The notes beneath the pieces are model-generated. The model did not search any database. It saw only the letters and a list, made by a program, of their open reading frames with translations, and was not told the origin of the DNA. Source: a virus. Taken from it: a DNA stretch of 64,000 nt. The stretch lies in IMG/VR virus record IMGVR_UViG_3300048587_000983. One strand, written 5' to 3'. Both the position numbers and the translations under genes were made by a program. Below, one piece after another: positions 62,435 to 64,000 of the stretch. The number at the start of each line of letters is the position of its first letter. The first letter of the stretch is position 1.

Positions 62435-63198
62435 TAGAGTTCCTTTCCAAAATGATCGGCCACATACTGCTCAATTTCCTTGAGCCTGGCCTTTTGAATA
62501 AGATAGTCGGCGCCTCCGGTGTCCTCGCCCTTCATCACCGCCGCCGCGAGTGCGGTGTCGTTTCCCATGCGGTCGAGGAAACCCTGGCAACCGGCTGTGA
62601 ACACAGCCTCCGGGAGGGCAACAAGGCCCGCGTTGCGCGCCGACGCGGCGAGGTAGGCGCAGATCTCCGAGTCAAACTCCTGCTTCGGTCTAATCGTCCG
62701 CAGGAGCTTCAGCGTCAGTGCAGCCTCCTCAATCTCAAGAGGCTGAACAATCCCGAAATTAACGGGATTGAAGTTGAACGCGTGGCCCACCTTTTCAAAA
62801 ATGTGCCAGTTCTCAAAGGGCTGATTGGTCGTCACCGTAAGCTGCAGAGCGGAGATGAGGTTTCTAAGGTCCTCGTCCGGGTCTATGCCGTGGGATTTTT
62901 GAAGCGTGGTCCAAACCGTCTCAGGCTCCCACTGCCACCACTCTCGTCCGTAGTGCTCGTTAAGGATTCCATATATGCCGAGAACCGTGACGCCGGCTTC
63001 CTTGTCGAACAGGGCTTTCATGGTCACGCCCGAGACGAGTGCTTTTCCTAGCGCCTTGTGCGGGTCCTGAATCGAGTTCACGACGCTTTTGAAGGTTCTC
63101 AGTTTGGAGAGGTCGCGCTTCTTCTCCTCGCTCGCCGATTCGTCAGCGATCTTCTCCATGAAGTCGAGCGTATTCTTGTCAAAGCGTCCCATCACCAA
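62434..63198 (-). CDS. hypothetical virion-module protein
   Basis: 254-aa ORF with W..WEPET motif; start 63198 or 63192. Confidence 0.75.
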   Translation of the reverse strand: MVMGRFDKNTLDFMEKIADESASEEKKRDLSKLRTFKSVVNSIQDPHKALGKALVSGVTMKALFDKEAGVTVLGIYGILNEHYGREWWQWEPETVWTTLQKSHGIDPDEDLRNLISALQLTVTTNQPFENWHIFEKVGHAFNFNPVNFGIVQPLEIEEAALTLKLLRTIRPKQEFDSEICAYLAASARNAGLVALPEAVFTAGCQGFLDRMGNDTALAAAVMKGEDTGGADYLIQKARLKEIEQYVADHFGKEL

Positions 63199-64000
63199 AG
63201 CTCACAATAATTTCTTTTGCGTCCATCGGAAGACTATCGAAGATCGCAACCGGATCCTTCTTCATCTCCTCGGCTATTGTGCGGCCAAAATACTCGGCGA
63301 TCTTGTCGAAGCGGCTTCCGACTATGGAGCGAAGCTCCTCGTGGGTGAGCTCGCGCGAGCTTGCGAGTTTGATCCTGTAACCCGTGTAGGGGTCGGCCTG
63401 CCTGCCAAAGGTCGCAAGAAAAGGATCTGTCAGCGCCCCACCGTAGTAACGGTTGAGCTTTGCTGTCTTATCGAAGGCATGCAGGACCTGGGCGAAGTGC
63501 GAAGGTGTGAGGGAGCGTTTCATACCCGCGATTTTTTCGAGGCGCCCCCGCTGCTCGTTGTTCGATTGAAGCAGGTTCATACGGGCCGCAATATGCGCAT
63601 CCACATGCGGGCTGTAATGGTCGGATGCGTACTTGGCAACCGTGCCTCCCTGCAGCCCCAGACCGAACTCCTGCGAGCGCCTTTGAATCTGGGCGGCGTA
63701 TTTATGCCGAAGGTCCAGCGGTATTTTTTCGTGCTGCGCCTCAAAGAACGCGCATGCAACCTTGAGGTGGTCAGGCGTGGCGAAGGCATACTGCGCCTCG
63801 GTGTAGCTCTCCGCGATATCGCTCACGGCAGCTATCTTTGAGAGATCGGGCTGCACAGTGCTTGCCACCTTGCTCAGCCCCCGGCTCTCGCAGAAGACGT
63901 TGGTGGACGACTCCTGGGCCAGTTTCTCGACGGCCGGCGAGGGTTCAATCCGAAACTTCCGACAGGCCTTTTTCAGATGCCAGGCGGCGATCTTTTGAGC
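63179..64000 (-). CDS. K-x-A-rich putative head protein (5'-partial)
   Basis: Frame stays open from 63868 to the window edge (AQKIAAWHLKKAC...); 12 K-x-A motifs in 273 aa. Confidence 0.8.
   Translation of the reverse strand, partial: AQKIAAWHLKKACRKFRIEPSPAVEKLAQESSTNVFCESRGLSKVASTVQPDLSKIAAVSDIAESYTEAQYAFATPDHLKVACAFFEAQHEKIPLDLRHKYAAQIQRRSQEFGLGLQGGTVAKYASDHYSPHVDAHIAARMNLLQSNNEQRGRLEKIAGMKRSLTPSHFAQVLHAFDKTAKLNRYYGGALTDPFLATFGRQADPYTGYRIKLASSRELTHEELRSIVGSRFDKIAEYFGRTIAEEMKKDPVAIFDSLPMDAKEIIVSFGDGTL

Noticed and set aside
1-64000. tRNA, rRNA, tmRNA, CRISPR arrays, integrase/att sites, alternative genetic code
   Set aside because: No cloverleaf, rRNA-like or repeat-spacer pattern in the few intergenic gaps; no recombinase gene; long genes read through intact under code 11.

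Overview
A 64-kb segment of a large (probably jumbo) tailed dsDNA phage genome. It uses the standard genetic code, is roughly 55-60% GC by eye, and has densely packed, often stop/start-coupled genes. There are three blocks. (1) 1-10083, + strand: DNA-metabolism genes, including the C-terminal part of a family A DNA polymerase, a DEDDh exonuclease, an antirepressor-like protein, a possible sliding clamp and an atypical RNase HII. (2) 10087-32896, mostly - strand: about 55 small accessory genes, including DHH phosphoesterase, KhpA-like KH protein, thermonuclease, DUF6973-like, ATP-grasp, Lar-like, HicA-domain fusion, DUF1653 and a TIGR02147/DUF4423-like regulator that hints at a Bdellovibrionota/Oligoflexia-like host. 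(3) 33359-64000, mostly - strand: a morphogenesis module with an intein-containing GpA-type terminase, Gp5/gpV-like spike (contractile tail), portal, 1741-aa repeat fibre and head proteins, plus SSB and HU. The most striking observations are: a 2008-aa single-chain beta-beta' RNA polymerase inside the virion module, lacking the beta' zinc finger and with altered sigma-binding and rifampicin-pocket residues; a shared M-[RH]-x-F-W-x-G-F-E-[KR]-[KR] leader on four unrelated proteins (plus one C-terminal copy), with strong K-x-A enrichment in head proteins, suggesting an undescribed capsid-targeting/maturation-cleavage system; and a 10-copy TGTCACC array around an AT-rich core upstream of the terminase (candidate ori or pac). 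No tRNA, rRNA or CRISPR array was seen. Family names come from motif recognition by eye, not database searches.
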